Notes: generated from the sequence alone by a model not told the origin. 45,549 nt of DNA from Candidatus Micrarchaeia archaeon (GCA_039794045.1 JBAMLY010000003.1:1-45549), one strand, 5' to 3'; shown: positions 24,712 through 34,715, counted from the first letter of the stretch. A program made the numbers and translations.

Positions 24712-24908
24712 CGCTTCAAGCAATGCGGCTTACAAGTTTGAAGCCCGCCAAGACAGAGTCATAATCTCTGTGGACGGGCTTGCTGACTCGCTTTGCAGGG
24801 ACCGCGTTCGGGAAAGGCGCGCCAGGGTTTTGGCAAGCGCTCCTTGAGCGGTTTTCTCTGGTGGGGACCAGGAAAAGAGAGCGGCTGCCGCGTTGAGCGC
24901 TTGAAGCG
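24712..24908 (+). ncRNA. Putative structured RNA or leader upstream of the histone gene
   Basis: Closing stems CGCTTCAAGC/GCTTGAAGCG and AATGCGGC/GCCGCGTT plus several internal hairpins; G-U pairs favour the + strand. Confidence 0.5.
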
Positions 24909-24930
24909 CTTGAATGGAAGGTGGGGACTA

Positions 24931-25152
24931 GTGGTAAGGAACACCATTCACTTATACGACGCAGACAGGATACTGCGAAAGGCAGGAGCGGAACGCGTCG
25001 GCGAAGACGCTTCCCAGAAATTATGCGAGTTAATGGAGGACGGCGCAAAAGAAGTGATAAGGAAAGCCATAATCCTTGCGAGGCACGCTGGAAGAAACCA
25101 AGTTACGAAGGAAGACGTCTGGCTTGCCGCGCGAATGATTTACGCTATTTGA
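24931..25152 (+). CDS. Archaeal histone (HMfA/B family), divergent
   Basis: DRILRKAGAERVGEDA..LARHAGRNQVTKEDV.LA; GGAAGGTGG SD. Confidence 0.9.
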   Translation: MVRNTIHLYDADRILRKAGAERVGEDASQKLCELMEDGAKEVIRKAIILARHAGRNQVTKEDVWLAARMIYAI

Positions 25153-26588
25153 GCCTCGATTGCTTTAGCGCATCGCTTCAAGAATTCTCCCTCGCTCCCG
25201 GGCTCTATGTTCGCGCCAGCCGCTGCAGCGTGCCCTCCGCCAACGCCAAGCCCTTTAGCGGCCTCGCTCATTACCTTGTTCAAGTTCAATCCTTTCTCTA
25301 CGAGCGCCTTGCTCGCGCGCGCGGAAAACTTGAGTTTTCCTTCCTCGCTCAAACTCAATGCAATGAATGGCTTGTCTTCTGGGAACAACGCGCTCGCCCT
25401 CAACGCGTTAGCCACCGTGCCAATAACTAAATCGCTTATTTCTTTTCGGCCGTCAACGAAGTAAAAAACGCCGAAGTCAACTGCTTTCTTTCTCGCCAAG
25501 GCTATTCCTTTCCTTATGAGGGCGCGGTGGAGGGCAAGCAATTCTCTTGCTTTCTCGTAAGCGCTTTCCTCGCCCAAGCAAACTGCTATGCCTTGTTCTG
25601 GGTGGCCGTGCCTCCCGCAAGCATTCAACAAGGTCGCGAACTCGTACGCGTCGTACAATTCAGTGTTGCGCGGGCGCCTAGGCAGCGAATACACTTCGCC
25701 GATCATTTCAGCAACGATTTCCTTGCTTACGCCGTGAGCCAAGCAGTGGTTTATCACCGCGCTTGCCAACTTCCTGCGCTGCTCCAAACTCAAGTCGTAG
25801 TAATGCAACCAAACCCTCTTGCCGCCTTCCTCTCTATATAACGGAATCCCGTTATCCAACAAGAACTTGGCTGCAGCCCGCTCGTTTCCGGCCAATCCAG
25901 GAATGAATGGCTCGTCGCAGAAGGCGAGAAAGTTAGCGAGCGGACGCGAAACCCTCCCGAACAAGCGCAAGTCCTTCGTGGTCTCGCAGTACCCATTCCT
26001 TTCAGCTTCCCGCGCTACTTCGAGGTTTGCTCCCTTTAAGCCCCCAGCGTCCTGCATGTCTCCAACCGCGCCAACTATTGCGAGTTCAGCCAACTCATTG
26101 AAAGCGTATTGCTTGAAGCAAAGAAAGGCAGTAGTTGAAGCACTCGCTTCTGACCCTCCATCCACCCCGAAAAAGTGAGGGTTCGCTTCAGCGAAACCTT
26201 TTCTTCGCGTGGCTTTCTCGGGCTCGTGGTGGTCTATCACCGCAATTTTTTCTTCCCCTAAAATTTTTTCAATCAAAGAGTAATAGCCGGAACCGAAGTC
26301 CACGAAGACCACGCCATCACAGTCAAGTTTTTTTGCGGCGTTTCTTATGTGTTCCAGGCTTTCTTCAACCAACTGCTTCTGCATTAGTGCAACTGGCTCG
26401 CGCCCAAGCTTCTTCAAAGCGCCCACAACCACTGCACCAGAACTGAGTCCGTCAGCATCGTAATGGTGTACAACCAACGGCTTCCTTAAAGCAGAACAAA
26501 ACCTGCCGACTTCATCGCAGCAAGCACTAAACAAGGCGAGCTTGCCCGCCGGCCTTTCTTCTTCGCTGTAATCAAGCTTGGTTTGCAC
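25140..26588 (-). CDS. DHH-family phosphoesterase, RecJ/GAN (Cdc45-related)
   Basis: HHYDADG, VDFGSG, IDHH, GAVGD, FATLLNACGR, SAR, GGGH. Confidence 0.92.
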   Translation of the reverse strand: MQTKLDYSEEERPAGKLALFSACCDEVGRFCSALRKPLVVHHYDADGLSSGAVVVGALKKLGREPVALMQKQLVEESLEHIRNAAKKLDCDGVVFVDFGSGYYSLIEKILGEEKIAVIDHHEPEKATRRKGFAEANPHFFGVDGGSEASASTTAFLCFKQYAFNELAELAIVGAVGDMQDAGGLKGANLEVAREAERNGYCETTKDLRLFGRVSRPLANFLAFCDEPFIPGLAGNERAAAKFLLDNGIPLYREEGGKRVWLHYYDLSLEQRRKLASAVINHCLAHGVSKEIVAEMIGEVYSLPRRPRNTELYDAYEFATLLNACGRHGHPEQGIAVCLGEESAYEKARELLALHRALIRKGIALARKKAVDFGVFYFVDGRKEISDLVIGTVANALRASALFPEDKPFIALSLSEEGKLKFSARASKALVEKGLNLNKVMSEAAKGLGVGGGHAAAAGANIEPGSEGEFLKRCAKAIEAQIA

Positions 26589-26659
26589 GAATTGTTTTAA
26601 GCACAGCCAAATAAAAACAAGTTTTTATTTTTGGGCGGCATGAATTAGTCGGTGAATTT

Positions 26660-26929
26660 TTGTCTCGCGTATCACCCAAGACATTCAACAAAGTAGCCGA
26701 GTCAGTCCTGGCTTTCTTGAACGAGAAATACCCTGCGCCGCTGTCATGCACTGAAATAGCAGACGAGATAGCGCGCGACAACGAGTTCGTAGCAAGAGTT
26801 CTTGCGTTCCTCAAAGAAAAAAACTTAGTGCGGCAAGTCCTCAAAAACAGCAACGGAAAAGATTATTTGCGCTGGACGAAGTGGACTCTTTCGCCCTCTA
26901 CCCGCGCTAAATTTGAGGCTCTTGAGTGA
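26660..26929 (+). CDS. Small winged-helix protein
   Basis: VLAFLNEKYPAPLSCTEIADEIARDNEFVARVLAFLKEKNLV; GGTGA SD. Confidence 0.75.
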   Translation: MSRVSPKTFNKVAESVLAFLNEKYPAPLSCTEIADEIARDNEFVARVLAFLKEKNLVRQVLKNSNGKDYLRWTKWTLSPSTRAKFEALE

Positions 26930-26930
26930 C

Positions 26931-28247
26931 TCAAACTTGGAAGGACTCCCCTAACCCAGGCACCTCGCACTTTACGCGTCCCTTCGTTGCCTCTTCTATG
27001 GCTTCAGCTAACTCGAATGGCTTGCTTCCCTCGCCGTGCACGATGAAGCACTTGCGGAGACCTCTTATTCCTTTAGCGAATTTAACGAGTTCTCTGTGGT
27101 CGCTGTGCGCCGTGAAAGGCGCTACTTCAACTTCAAGCTTCAACTCTATTTTCTTGTCGTGAATCTCTATCTCGCGTGCTCCTTCCAGCAGAGCCCTGCC
27201 GCGCGTTCCCTCTGCCTGGTACCCAACTAGTATGAGCTTGTTGCGTTTTTCGCCGCCCAGTTTCTCCAAGTAAGTTAGCACAGGCCCGCCGTTCAACATG
27301 CCGCTCGTTGTAACAATTATTGCTTTCTCTTGCGCTAGCACGTCGCTCCTGTCTTTTGCGGCTGGCACAACGTAGTGCTCGCTCTTGAAGGGGTCGTCGT
27401 CACTCGTAAGAATGCGGCGCTGGATTTCCTTCTTCAAGTAAATGGCGTTGTGCCTGTAAATCTTGAGCACTTTCTTAACCATTCCATCCAAGTAAATTGG
27501 TGCCTTCGTGAGCTGGCCGGACTTCATGTAGCTCTCCAGCGTAAACAGTATTTCCTGGCCGCGCCCTATCGCGAAAGTAGGCACTATTATTTTGCCGTGC
27601 TTGTCGAGAGTCTTCTGAATTTTTTCAATGAAGCCGCGCCCCACGTCCTTGGAAGCCGCGTGGGAATCGCTTTTTCCGCCATAAGTACTTTCTAGAATTA
27701 AGACGTCGCCATTCAGTTCCGTCACTGCTCCCTCCAACAACCTTGAAGGACGCAAGTTGATGTCGCCGGAGTAAATTATTTTTTTGCCGTTCATCTCAAG
27801 TTCAGTGATTGCACTGCCTAGAATGTGGCCTGCTTCCTGAAAGCGCACGCGCGCCCGCCGCCCCATCCACTCATTGTATTCTAAGAGCTCGCAGTTGGTC
27901 AGCAGCTTGTGCACATCCCTGTCCGAGTAAGCTTTTGGCTTACCGCTTTTTTCCTGCAAGCGCAGAAAGTCAGCGAGAAGAAGCTGCACGAGGTCCCGCG
28001 TCGGCTTCGTCATGGTAGTCTTGCCGGAATAGCCTGCAGCGTAAAGCGCTGGAGCGTATCCGCTGTGGTCTAAGTGTGCGTGGCTTAACACGACGCGGTC
28101 CAAGTTTCTTGCGGTCACATCATCTATTTCAGGGTACGAGTTTTCCTTGAATCCTATTCCGCAGTCAAGCAACACGTTTTCCTCGCCTTCTGCGAGGACG
28201 GCGCTGCGGCCCACTTCTCGCGCAGCACCCAAAAAAGTTAGTTTCAC
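26931..28247 (-). CDS. Metallo-beta-lactamase beta-CASP ribonuclease (CPSF3/YSH1-like, no KH domains)
   Basis: LGAAREVGRS, SHAHLDHSG, AGHILGSA, YSGD, ESTYG, SGMLNGG, TAHSD, VHGE. Confidence 0.94.
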   Translation of the reverse strand: MKLTFLGAAREVGRSAVLAEGEENVLLDCGIGFKENSYPEIDDVTARNLDRVVLSHAHLDHSGYAPALYAAGYSGKTTMTKPTRDLVQLLLADFLRLQEKSGKPKAYSDRDVHKLLTNCELLEYNEWMGRRARVRFQEAGHILGSAITELEMNGKKIIYSGDINLRPSRLLEGAVTELNGDVLILESTYGGKSDSHAASKDVGRGFIEKIQKTLDKHGKIIVPTFAIGRGQEILFTLESYMKSGQLTKAPIYLDGMVKKVLKIYRHNAIYLKKEIQRRILTSDDDPFKSEHYVVPAAKDRSDVLAQEKAIIVTTSGMLNGGPVLTYLEKLGGEKRNKLILVGYQAEGTRGRALLEGAREIEIHDKKIELKLEVEVAPFTAHSDHRELVKFAKGIRGLRKCFIVHGEGSKPFELAEAIEEATKGRVKCEVPGLGESFQV

Positions 28248-28304
28248 TTGTTTCTCACCTTCAAAAGTAATTGTTTTTATTTTCTGAAAGCATTCTCAGT
28301 TATA

Positions 28305-29003
28305 ATGGCTTTACTGCCTTTCCTGAAAACTAGGCCTTCGAAAGAGAAGCAAGAGCAACGCAAAACGTCTGAAGCAGAAAATTCGTGCGCCAGCGAAAAA
28401 GAAGCGCTTGCCTCTACTACTATTAGGGCGGCGGTATATAAAAAGATAATAGAACGCTACGCAGAACAAATAAATCGCGGCGAAGAAAAAACAATTCCCG
28501 AGCTCAAAGACCTCGTAAAGCCCTCCAACGCCGTAATTCAAGCCACCAAAGCCAAGATAATTGAGAAACTAGGCCTCTCCGAACCTTATTCAGCCGAGAA
28601 ACACTTTCTTGCAGCCGTCGAGGCCGCGCTATCATTTTGTCGCTCTCTCAAACCAGTTCACGCCGACCTCCCAGTAAGCTACTGGCTTTCTCCAGAAGAA
28701 ATAATTGAACTCGGCGCGGCTGACCCATTCGACCGCGCAATCTTTTTAGCTTCTCTCCTAATCGCGCTCGGCGGAGCTGATGCTAGGGTGCGAGTAGTTG
28801 AATTAGAAGGTGGAATAAAGCACCCAATAGTAGTCTTCAGCAAGAACAGCGAAAAATGCTTGTGCGACCCCTGCCAAGATGACAGCGCGCTCGCCCGCTG
28901 CGGCGACTTCGACAAAATCCTTGCCTCTTACTCTTTTGAAGGCAAGAAGTACGCGCGCTCGCTATTCGAGTTCAACGACTGCGAATATACTGAGTTTGAG
29001 TAG
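28305..29003 (+). CDS. Transglutaminase-like fold protein, catalytic Cys apparently replaced
   Basis: YWLSPEEII..GAADPFDRAIFLASLLIALG..KHPIVV..CDP. Confidence 0.65.
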   Translation: MALLPFLKTRPSKEKQEQRKTSEAENSCASEKEALASTTIRAAVYKKIIERYAEQINRGEEKTIPELKDLVKPSNAVIQATKAKIIEKLGLSEPYSAEKHFLAAVEAALSFCRSLKPVHADLPVSYWLSPEEIIELGAADPFDRAIFLASLLIALGGADARVRVVELEGGIKHPIVVFSKNSEKCLCDPCQDDSALARCGDFDKILASYSFEGKKYARSLFEFNDCEYTEFE

Positions 29004-29092
29004 CTTCTTTTTCCCTTTGTCGGCTGCGAAAAGCAATCTTTAAGAAACTTGCACTGCCTAATAATTGAGCCTGGTTTTTAGAGGGAGTTGTT

Positions 29093-29275
29093 TTGGCGAA
29101 GTTTAATCTCGACTCATCGAAATGCATTTACTGTGGCGGCTGCGTGAGCGTTTGCCCGGTCCTGGCGCTTACTCTCCATGAGACGCGCGTTAAGTGCGAC
29201 GAAAAAATCTGCATTTCCTGCAAGGCATGCGAGAAAGTCTGTCCCGTCGCAGCAATTAAGATTAGTGAAAAGTGA
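29093..29275 (+). CDS. 2x[4Fe-4S] ferredoxin
   Basis: CIYCGGCVSVCP and CISCKACEKVCP. Confidence 0.93.
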   Translation: MAKFNLDSSKCIYCGGCVSVCPVLALTLHETRVKCDEKICISCKACEKVCPVAAIKISEK

Positions 29276-30468
29276 TTTGCTTGACTCTTGAATCAAGTTA
29301 CGATGCAGTCGTCATCGGCGCTGGCCCTGCCGGCAGCGCTTTCGCAAAGAAGTGCGCCAAGGAAGGCATGAGTGTTTTAGTCATCGAGAAGAAAAAAGAA
29401 ATAGGCTCACCTGTTAGGTGCGGCGAAGGAATCGCTGAACACACTGAAGACGAGCTAGGCATAAAACTCAAGCCACAAGCAATCGGTTCCCCAATTGACG
29501 GCGCTGCTCTTTACTCGCCAAACCACAAGAAACTCGTCTTCAAGACTCCAGCCACTCAAGGCTACGTATTAGAACGCAAGATTTTTGACAAGCACTTGGC
29601 AATAGAGGCTGGCAGGGCTGGCGCGCACTTCCTGCCCCACACTCTAGTCGACTCAGTAATCGAGAAGAACGGCAAGCCTGCGGGCGTCAAAGTAACGCAC
29701 ATGGGCGAGCAAATGGAGTTCCATGCCTCACTAGTAGTCAGCGCCGAGGGAATGGAGGCGCGCATAGCAAGGCAACTCGGCTTTGACGCGAAAGCAAGCC
29801 TTTACGATGTTGACACTTGCTTCGAGTACGAAATGGTTAACGTGGAGTGCGAGCGCTTAATCGAGTTGTTTTTCTCTAACCGCCTGGCCCCGCGTGGATA
29901 CGTGTGGGTCTTCCCGAAAGGAAGCGATGTTGCAAACGTTGGAATAGGAATAGGGGGAAGCAGCGGCGCCAACCCAAAAGCGTTGCTGGACCAATTCATT
30001 TCAGAGAACAAGCAACGCTTCGGTAAAGCAGAACCAGTGGAATTCAAGGGAGGCGTCATCAGCGTCGGCGCGCCGCTAGACCACTTAGTGGCAGATAACG
30101 CAATGGTGGTAGGCACTGCAGCGCACCAAGTAGACCCAATTCACGGCGGCGGAATAGGCCTGGCGATTCAAGCAGGCTCTTTCGCTGCTGACGCCGCAAT
30201 CGCGGCTTTCAGAAAAAGCGATTTCTCTCGCAAGCAGCTAGCATCTTACGAGAAAGAATTCAATGAAAAAGTTGCTCCAAAGCTTGCCAAGCGCTTGAAG
30301 CTACGCAAGGTAATGGAGAAGCTGTCGGACGACGACTGGAACCACATATTCAACGAGTTAAGCCCCGAAGACGTACAAAAAATTCTTGACGGCGAATTCA
30401 AGCCAGTTGCGGCGAAAGTCGTGCTCAAGAGGCCCACGCTGCTCAAAGTATTGACTGCGTTAATGTAA
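29272..30468 (+). CDS. Digeranylgeranylglycerophospholipid reductase (geranylgeranyl reductase family)
   Basis: IGAGPAGS, PVRCGEG, GYVWVFPKG, ANVGIG, AAHQVDPIHGGGI; coupled to the ferredoxin gene. Confidence 0.92.
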   Translation: MICLTLESSYDAVVIGAGPAGSAFAKKCAKEGMSVLVIEKKKEIGSPVRCGEGIAEHTEDELGIKLKPQAIGSPIDGAALYSPNHKKLVFKTPATQGYVLERKIFDKHLAIEAGRAGAHFLPHTLVDSVIEKNGKPAGVKVTHMGEQMEFHASLVVSAEGMEARIARQLGFDAKASLYDVDTCFEYEMVNVECERLIELFFSNRLAPRGYVWVFPKGSDVANVGIGIGGSSGANPKALLDQFISENKQRFGKAEPVEFKGGVISVGAPLDHLVADNAMVVGTAAHQVDPIHGGGIGLAIQAGSFAADAAIAAFRKSDFSRKQLASYEKEFNEKVAPKLAKRLKLRKVMEKLSDDDWNHIFNELSPEDVQKILDGEFKPVAAKVVLKRPTLLKVLTALM

Positions 30469-30484
30469 TGCTTTGGTGGTTGCA

Positions 30485-30676
30485 ATGACTAAGAAAGAAA
30501 AACAAGTTTTCACGAAGTACGAGGTAGCGCGCTTGATTGGCGCGCGAGCCCGCCAACTCGCGATGGGCGCGCCGCCCCTCGTGAAGGCGACTTCGGGCGT
30601 TGCAAATGCGCTTCAGCTCGCGATGCTGGAATTCGAGAAGGGCGCGATTCCCCTGCACGTCGTGCGCAGAGTCTGA
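30485..30676 (+). CDS. rpoK: RNA polymerase subunit K (Rpo6)
   Basis: TKYEVARLIGARARQLAMGAP..LEFEKGAIPLHV. Confidence 0.95.
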   Translation: MTKKEKQVFTKYEVARLIGARARQLAMGAPPLVKATSGVANALQLAMLEFEKGAIPLHVVRRV

Positions 30677-30698
30677 TTCTTTTCAGCGTTCGTTTTTT

Positions 30699-31922
30699 TC
30701 ACTCGTAGCGGAGCGCCTCGACTGGAAGCAGCTGGCTTGCGCTGCGCGCGGGGAAGTAGCCCGAAACCACGCCGATTATTACGGAGAATATTATTGAGAA
30801 CACCACTAGTTCGAGCGAGATTATGCTTGGCAGGCCTATGGAGCTCGCGACCATGGAGATGGCGAGGCCGAGCGCAACTCCTATGACGCCGCCCAGGAAG
30901 CCTATTACCGCTGCTTCGATTATGAATAGTTCCAGGACCGCGCGGCTGCTCGCGCCAAGGGCCTTGAGCACGCCTATTTCGCGCGTGCGCTCTAGCACGG
31001 AAGTAAACATGGCATTCGCAATGCCTATGCCGCCCACGATAAGCGATATTGCCGCGATTCCGCCCAGGAAGAGCGCGAGCATTCCCGTGATTTGGCTGAC
31101 CTGCCGCGCCACGAACTCGGGGGTTATCAGGGTAAAGTCTTTCTTGTCCAGGCTTACCTTGTGGGAGTTCGCCAGCAGCCGCTCAATCTCCTTCGCGACC
31201 GCGGTATTGTCCGCGTCCTTCTTCGTCAACGCGAGTATAGCAGTGACCTGGTTTTTGGGGTACGTGCTGCCGAGGAGGTTGCGCATTGCTTGCGTGTCGA
31301 TGTAAATCGCGTTGTCGATCTCGGCTCCGGCCTGGCCGCCGATCTTATTGATTATGCCGCGGACCTTGAAGTCCCGCCCCATGATATTGATGGTGTCGCC
31401 AACGCGCAACTTCTTCTCAAAATAATCGTTTGCTACGGTGTAGCCGACTGCTGCGCCGGACAGGTCGCCCGTGGCGTAGATTTTTCCGGAGGCCCAGCCG
31501 CTTGTCAGGAATTTTTCCGCGCTAATCGGATCCAGCCCCGAAACCCGGAGCTTTATTTCTTCATCGCCGTATCTGACAGGCGCGAGCGGCTGGACAAGCA
31601 TTCCGGAAGCCACGTCTATTCCCACAACCTTCCTTATCAGTTCCACGTCGCGCGTGTAAAGAACGCCTTTTTGCACAATGGATCTGCTGAACGCAGAGCC
31701 TCCGCCCCTAAGGCTTTCGAAGCTGCCCGGAACCACGAAGATGTAGTTGTTTCCAAGGACGTTCAACTGCTCGCGAATGCTGACGTCAAGCCCGGTTGCG
31801 ATGGAGAGCAGTACCACTATAGCCGCGATGCCTATTACCACGCCGAGAACGGTGAGCCAACTGCGGAGCTTGCGCTGCGCCATGTTGTTCGAGACGTACT
31901 TCAGCAGCGCGAAATGATCCAT
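30699..31922 (-). CDS. ABC transporter permease, MacB/FtsX family
   Basis: RKLRSWLTVLGVVIG, GGIGIANAMFTSVLERTREIGVLKALGA, PARSASQL.PVEALRYE. Confidence 0.95.
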   Translation of the reverse strand: MDHFALLKYVSNNMAQRKLRSWLTVLGVVIGIAAIVVLLSIATGLDVSIREQLNVLGNNYIFVVPGSFESLRGGGSAFSRSIVQKGVLYTRDVELIRKVVGIDVASGMLVQPLAPVRYGDEEIKLRVSGLDPISAEKFLTSGWASGKIYATGDLSGAAVGYTVANDYFEKKLRVGDTINIMGRDFKVRGIINKIGGQAGAEIDNAIYIDTQAMRNLLGSTYPKNQVTAILALTKKDADNTAVAKEIERLLANSHKVSLDKKDFTLITPEFVARQVSQITGMLALFLGGIAAISLIVGGIGIANAMFTSVLERTREIGVLKALGASSRAVLELFIIEAAVIGFLGGVIGVALGLAISMVASSIGLPSIISLELVVFSIIFSVIIGVVSGYFPARSASQLLPVEALRYE

Positions 31923-31934
31923 TTTCTGCTACGC

Positions 31935-33518
31935 TCAGAGGCTCTTGATGTGCTGTGGACCTTTCCTCTTCTTGAAGAACTTCTTGTAGCCGAAGTAGGC
32001 CCCTACTGCCAGCACTACGACTACTATTATAGTCAGAGGTCCCGTACTGTCGCCAGAAGGCGCCTTTTTCTCGGAAGCGGAAAGCGCGGCTTTTTCAACC
32101 GAAACCACTTTGAGTTCGAGACGCTTGTTTTCAGAGTGCGGCACGTTGAAGGTGTCCTTGTAGTTTAGCGTGACATCCACATAATGCGTTCCTTCCTGCA
32201 AACCCTTCTTCGTAATCGCGTTGAAGGAAACGGTGCTGTAGTCGTCCACGTTCACTGTTCCTATATAGCCGTAGTTGCCTGCGTTGAACTCGAAGGCGTC
32301 GGAATCAACCACGACGGATAAGGCGCGCACCGCAGTGTCGCCAGTGTTAGACACTTGGATCGAAACAGAATAAGCGCCTTCCTTGACTGAGACGGGCGCG
32401 GGCGAAGTGGTGACCATCGCGTCGAGCTGCGTTGCCGCAGAAATCTCTATTCCCGCTGTCTTCGTGAGCGTGGACGAGCCTGCAGGGCCGTCGTAGGAAA
32501 CGGTTATCTGCAGGCCGTAAAACTTGGAGACGATGTCTGAGTTTATTCCTACAGAGAAAATCGCCTGTCCTTCCCCGCCTGCAACAATCGACCCGATATT
32601 CTTCTCAGAGTAGTCGAGGGGCGTGAAGAAAGTGCTGGTTTCGGGAAGCGAGACACGCACGTTGTGGATCTCGTTGCCGCCCTCGTTCTTTACGGTTACC
32701 GCGAAAGTCGCGGTTTTGCCTGGGAAGACGTTCGCCGTAGAAAGTGTCACGCTTATTTTCGGCGCGGTTCCCGTCACGAGTACCGAGCCAACCGAATCGG
32801 TTTCTGAAAAGCTTGCGCCGTTAACGTTGTCGTATACGAGTGCGAGAGAAACCGCCTGGTTTCCCGCAACCGCGGCGGAAGAAGCCTTAAGCGGCACTTC
32901 CACGCTCTTCTTTTCCTTGGACTTTATCGAGCCCACAAAAACCTGCGAAACTCCGTCAAGGGCGAAGCTGGATGCCGAGGGAGAAGTGATTACGAGGTTG
33001 TTTATGTCGTCTCCCTTGTTCTCGAACTCCACGGTCGCAATGAACGATTCGCCCGGCGAAACGCTTGTCTTGGAGGCGGAAACGAGCCGCGCCTCGAGCC
33101 CCAAGACGCCGCTTATAGTGTAAGGAACGGAGAAAGTCACCGAACGCGTGGGACCGGTCGCGCCGGTTGCGGTGGAAAGGTAGCTTATCGAAACCGATGC
33201 CACGTAGGCGCCGGGCTTTGCGTCGCTCCTCACGATGAAGGGAACTGCCACGTTGGTGGTTGCGCCCGAGCCCAGGTCGCCTATCGACTGGCTGCCCGTA
33301 AAGGCGAGGCCGTAGCCGCTGGCGAAAATGGTTGCGGAAGAAACGTACTCGCTCGCCGAGCCGACCAGCACCAGGTTCATGCTGCCGCGTGCGCCTGCCT
33401 TGAGCGGGCTGGGAGTAAAGGAATAGGTCTGCAGCGTAAGCGCGTTTCCCATTCCCGCGCATACGACGAACACCAATGCGAGTGCGAAAAAACTTTTCAT
33501 CAGTTTTGTTCCATTCAT
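31935..33518 (-). CDS. COG1361-type surface protein (repeated Ig-like domains, signal peptide, C-terminal TM)
   Basis: Signal peptide; repeated N.G..I.N..V / IGSI motifs; TM IIVVVVLAVGAYFGY followed by a basic tail; lies within the ABC operon. Confidence 0.85.
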   Translation of the reverse strand: MNGTKLMKSFFALALVFVVCAGMGNALTLQTYSFTPSPLKAGARGSMNLVLVGSASEYVSSATIFASGYGLAFTGSQSIGDLGSGATTNVAVPFIVRSDAKPGAYVASVSISYLSTATGATGPTRSVTFSVPYTISGVLGLEARLVSASKTSVSPGESFIATVEFENKGDDINNLVITSPSASSFALDGVSQVFVGSIKSKEKKSVEVPLKASSAAVAGNQAVSLALVYDNVNGASFSETDSVGSVLVTGTAPKISVTLSTANVFPGKTATFAVTVKNEGGNEIHNVRVSLPETSTFFTPLDYSEKNIGSIVAGGEGQAIFSVGINSDIVSKFYGLQITVSYDGPAGSSTLTKTAGIEISAATQLDAMVTTSPAPVSVKEGAYSVSIQVSNTGDTAVRALSVVVDSDAFEFNAGNYGYIGTVNVDDYSTVSFNAITKKGLQEGTHYVDVTLNYKDTFNVPHSENKRLELKVVSVEKAALSASEKKAPSGDSTGPLTIIVVVVLAVGAYFGYKKFFKKRKGPQHIKSL

Positions 33519-34231
33519 TTCAATACCTCTATTTTCTCTATCTCTCCGTCCTTCAAGTGTATTACGCGATCCGCGTGCGTGACGCGCGCGGGGTCGTGAG
33601 TAACCGTAATAATAGTCTTCTTCTCGTGGGCGTGCAGCTCGTGAAACAGTTTCATTATATCGTCCCCCGACTTAGAGTCGAGGTTTCCCGTGGGCTCGTC
33701 AGCCAGGATTATCTTTGGGTCGTTTGCAAGGGCGCGCGCTATCGCGACGCGCTGCCTCTGCCCGCCGCTCAATTCGTTGGGCATGTGGCTCACGCGGTTT
33801 GCTAGGCCGACCCTGTCAAGGAGCTTGAGCGCCCTTTCCCTCCTTTCCTCTTCGCCGAGGCCGTTGAAAATCATTGGCAGTTCCACGTTCTCGACCGCGT
33901 TTAGGGTGGGCACGAGGAAGAAGAACTGGAAAACGAATCCGATTGTCTGCACGCGCAGTTTCGCGAGTTCCGCATCGGTCGCAAGCGCAGCATTAACTTT
34001 ACCTATCATCACTTCGCCACTGGTCGGCCTGTCAAGAAGCCCTAGTATATGTAGCATCGTGCTTTTGCCGCTTCCCGAAGGGCCGCGTATTATGAGGGAC
34101 TCGCCCTCGACCACATCGAGGCTTATGTTCTTGAGCGCGTGCACCTTCGTGTCGCCCATGAGGTAAGTCTTGCTCACGTTGCGCAGGCTGAGCACTATCT
34201 CTTCAGCGTGTTTTTTCTGCAAGTGTTTCAC
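33515..34231 (-). CDS. ABC transporter ATP-binding protein (LolD/MacB type)
   Basis: [39 protein letters not shown]. Confidence 0.97.
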   Translation of the reverse strand: MKHLQKKHAEEIVLSLRNVSKTYLMGDTKVHALKNISLDVVEGESLIIRGPSGSGKSTMLHILGLLDRPTSGEVMIGKVNAALATDAELAKLRVQTIGFVFQFFFLVPTLNAVENVELPMIFNGLGEEERRERALKLLDRVGLANRVSHMPNELSGGQRQRVAIARALANDPKIILADEPTGNLDSKSGDDIMKLFHELHAHEKKTIITVTHDPARVTHADRVIHLKDGEIEKIEVLK

Positions 34232-34715
34232 CGATTTTTTCCGAAAGCCTTTCCAGCGCCTCGCGCCTCTTCTTCCTAGGCAGGGAGAGCAAGACAGTAG
34301 CCGCCTTGTTAATGCGGTTGAAGTGCGCGGACATGAAAGCTATTTCCTCCTCGTCCATCTCGTGCATCACGCGCGCCATCACAGGCCACGCAATCGCTAT
34401 CATCCGCGCAAGCCCGTTCCCGAAATCCGCCTTGGCGCCGACGAGCGCCTTCTTCCCCTTGGCGGTGGTTTCGTACATTATCTCGCGCCGGCCCCTGCCT
34501 CCCGAGAGCACGGGCTTTACGAATCCGTTCCGCTCCAGCTTGGAAAGCACGGGGTAAACCGCGCCCGGGCTCGGCTTCCACTTGCCCTCGGTCAGCCTTG
34601 CGACCGCATCCATCACCGCGCGGCCGCTGCACGGGCCGCGGTTACACTCGCCCAGGATGAAAAGCTCGAGCAGGCCCCTGAAAGACTGCTTGTGACCGCA
34701 GACTACATTCGCCAT
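34203..34715 (-). CDS. PadR-family transcriptional regulator
   Basis: RGLLELFIL, WKPSPGAVYPVLSKLERNG, YETTAKGK. Confidence 0.92.
   Translation of the reverse strand: MANVVCGHKQSFRGLLELFILGECNRGPCSGRAVMDAVARLTEGKWKPSPGAVYPVLSKLERNGFVKPVLSGGRGRREIMYETTAKGKKALVGAKADFGNGLARMIAIAWPVMARVMHEMDEEEIAFMSAHFNRINKAATVLLSLPRKKRREALERLSEKIGETLAEKTR

Noticed and set aside
24712..24908. SRP RNA or RNase P RNA
   Set aside because: No SRP helix-8 GGAA/AGCA motif and no RNase P GAGGAA..UCC or ACAGAA conserved regions on either strand
24793..24930. N-terminal tail on the histone (ORF-track start at 24793)
   Set aside because: The extension runs through the structured element, and a good SD precedes GTG 24931, giving a normal-length histone
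31092..32168. 358-aa plus-strand ORF and similar overlapping ORFs in the ABC region
   Set aside because: Antisense to well-supported genes in GC-rich sequence
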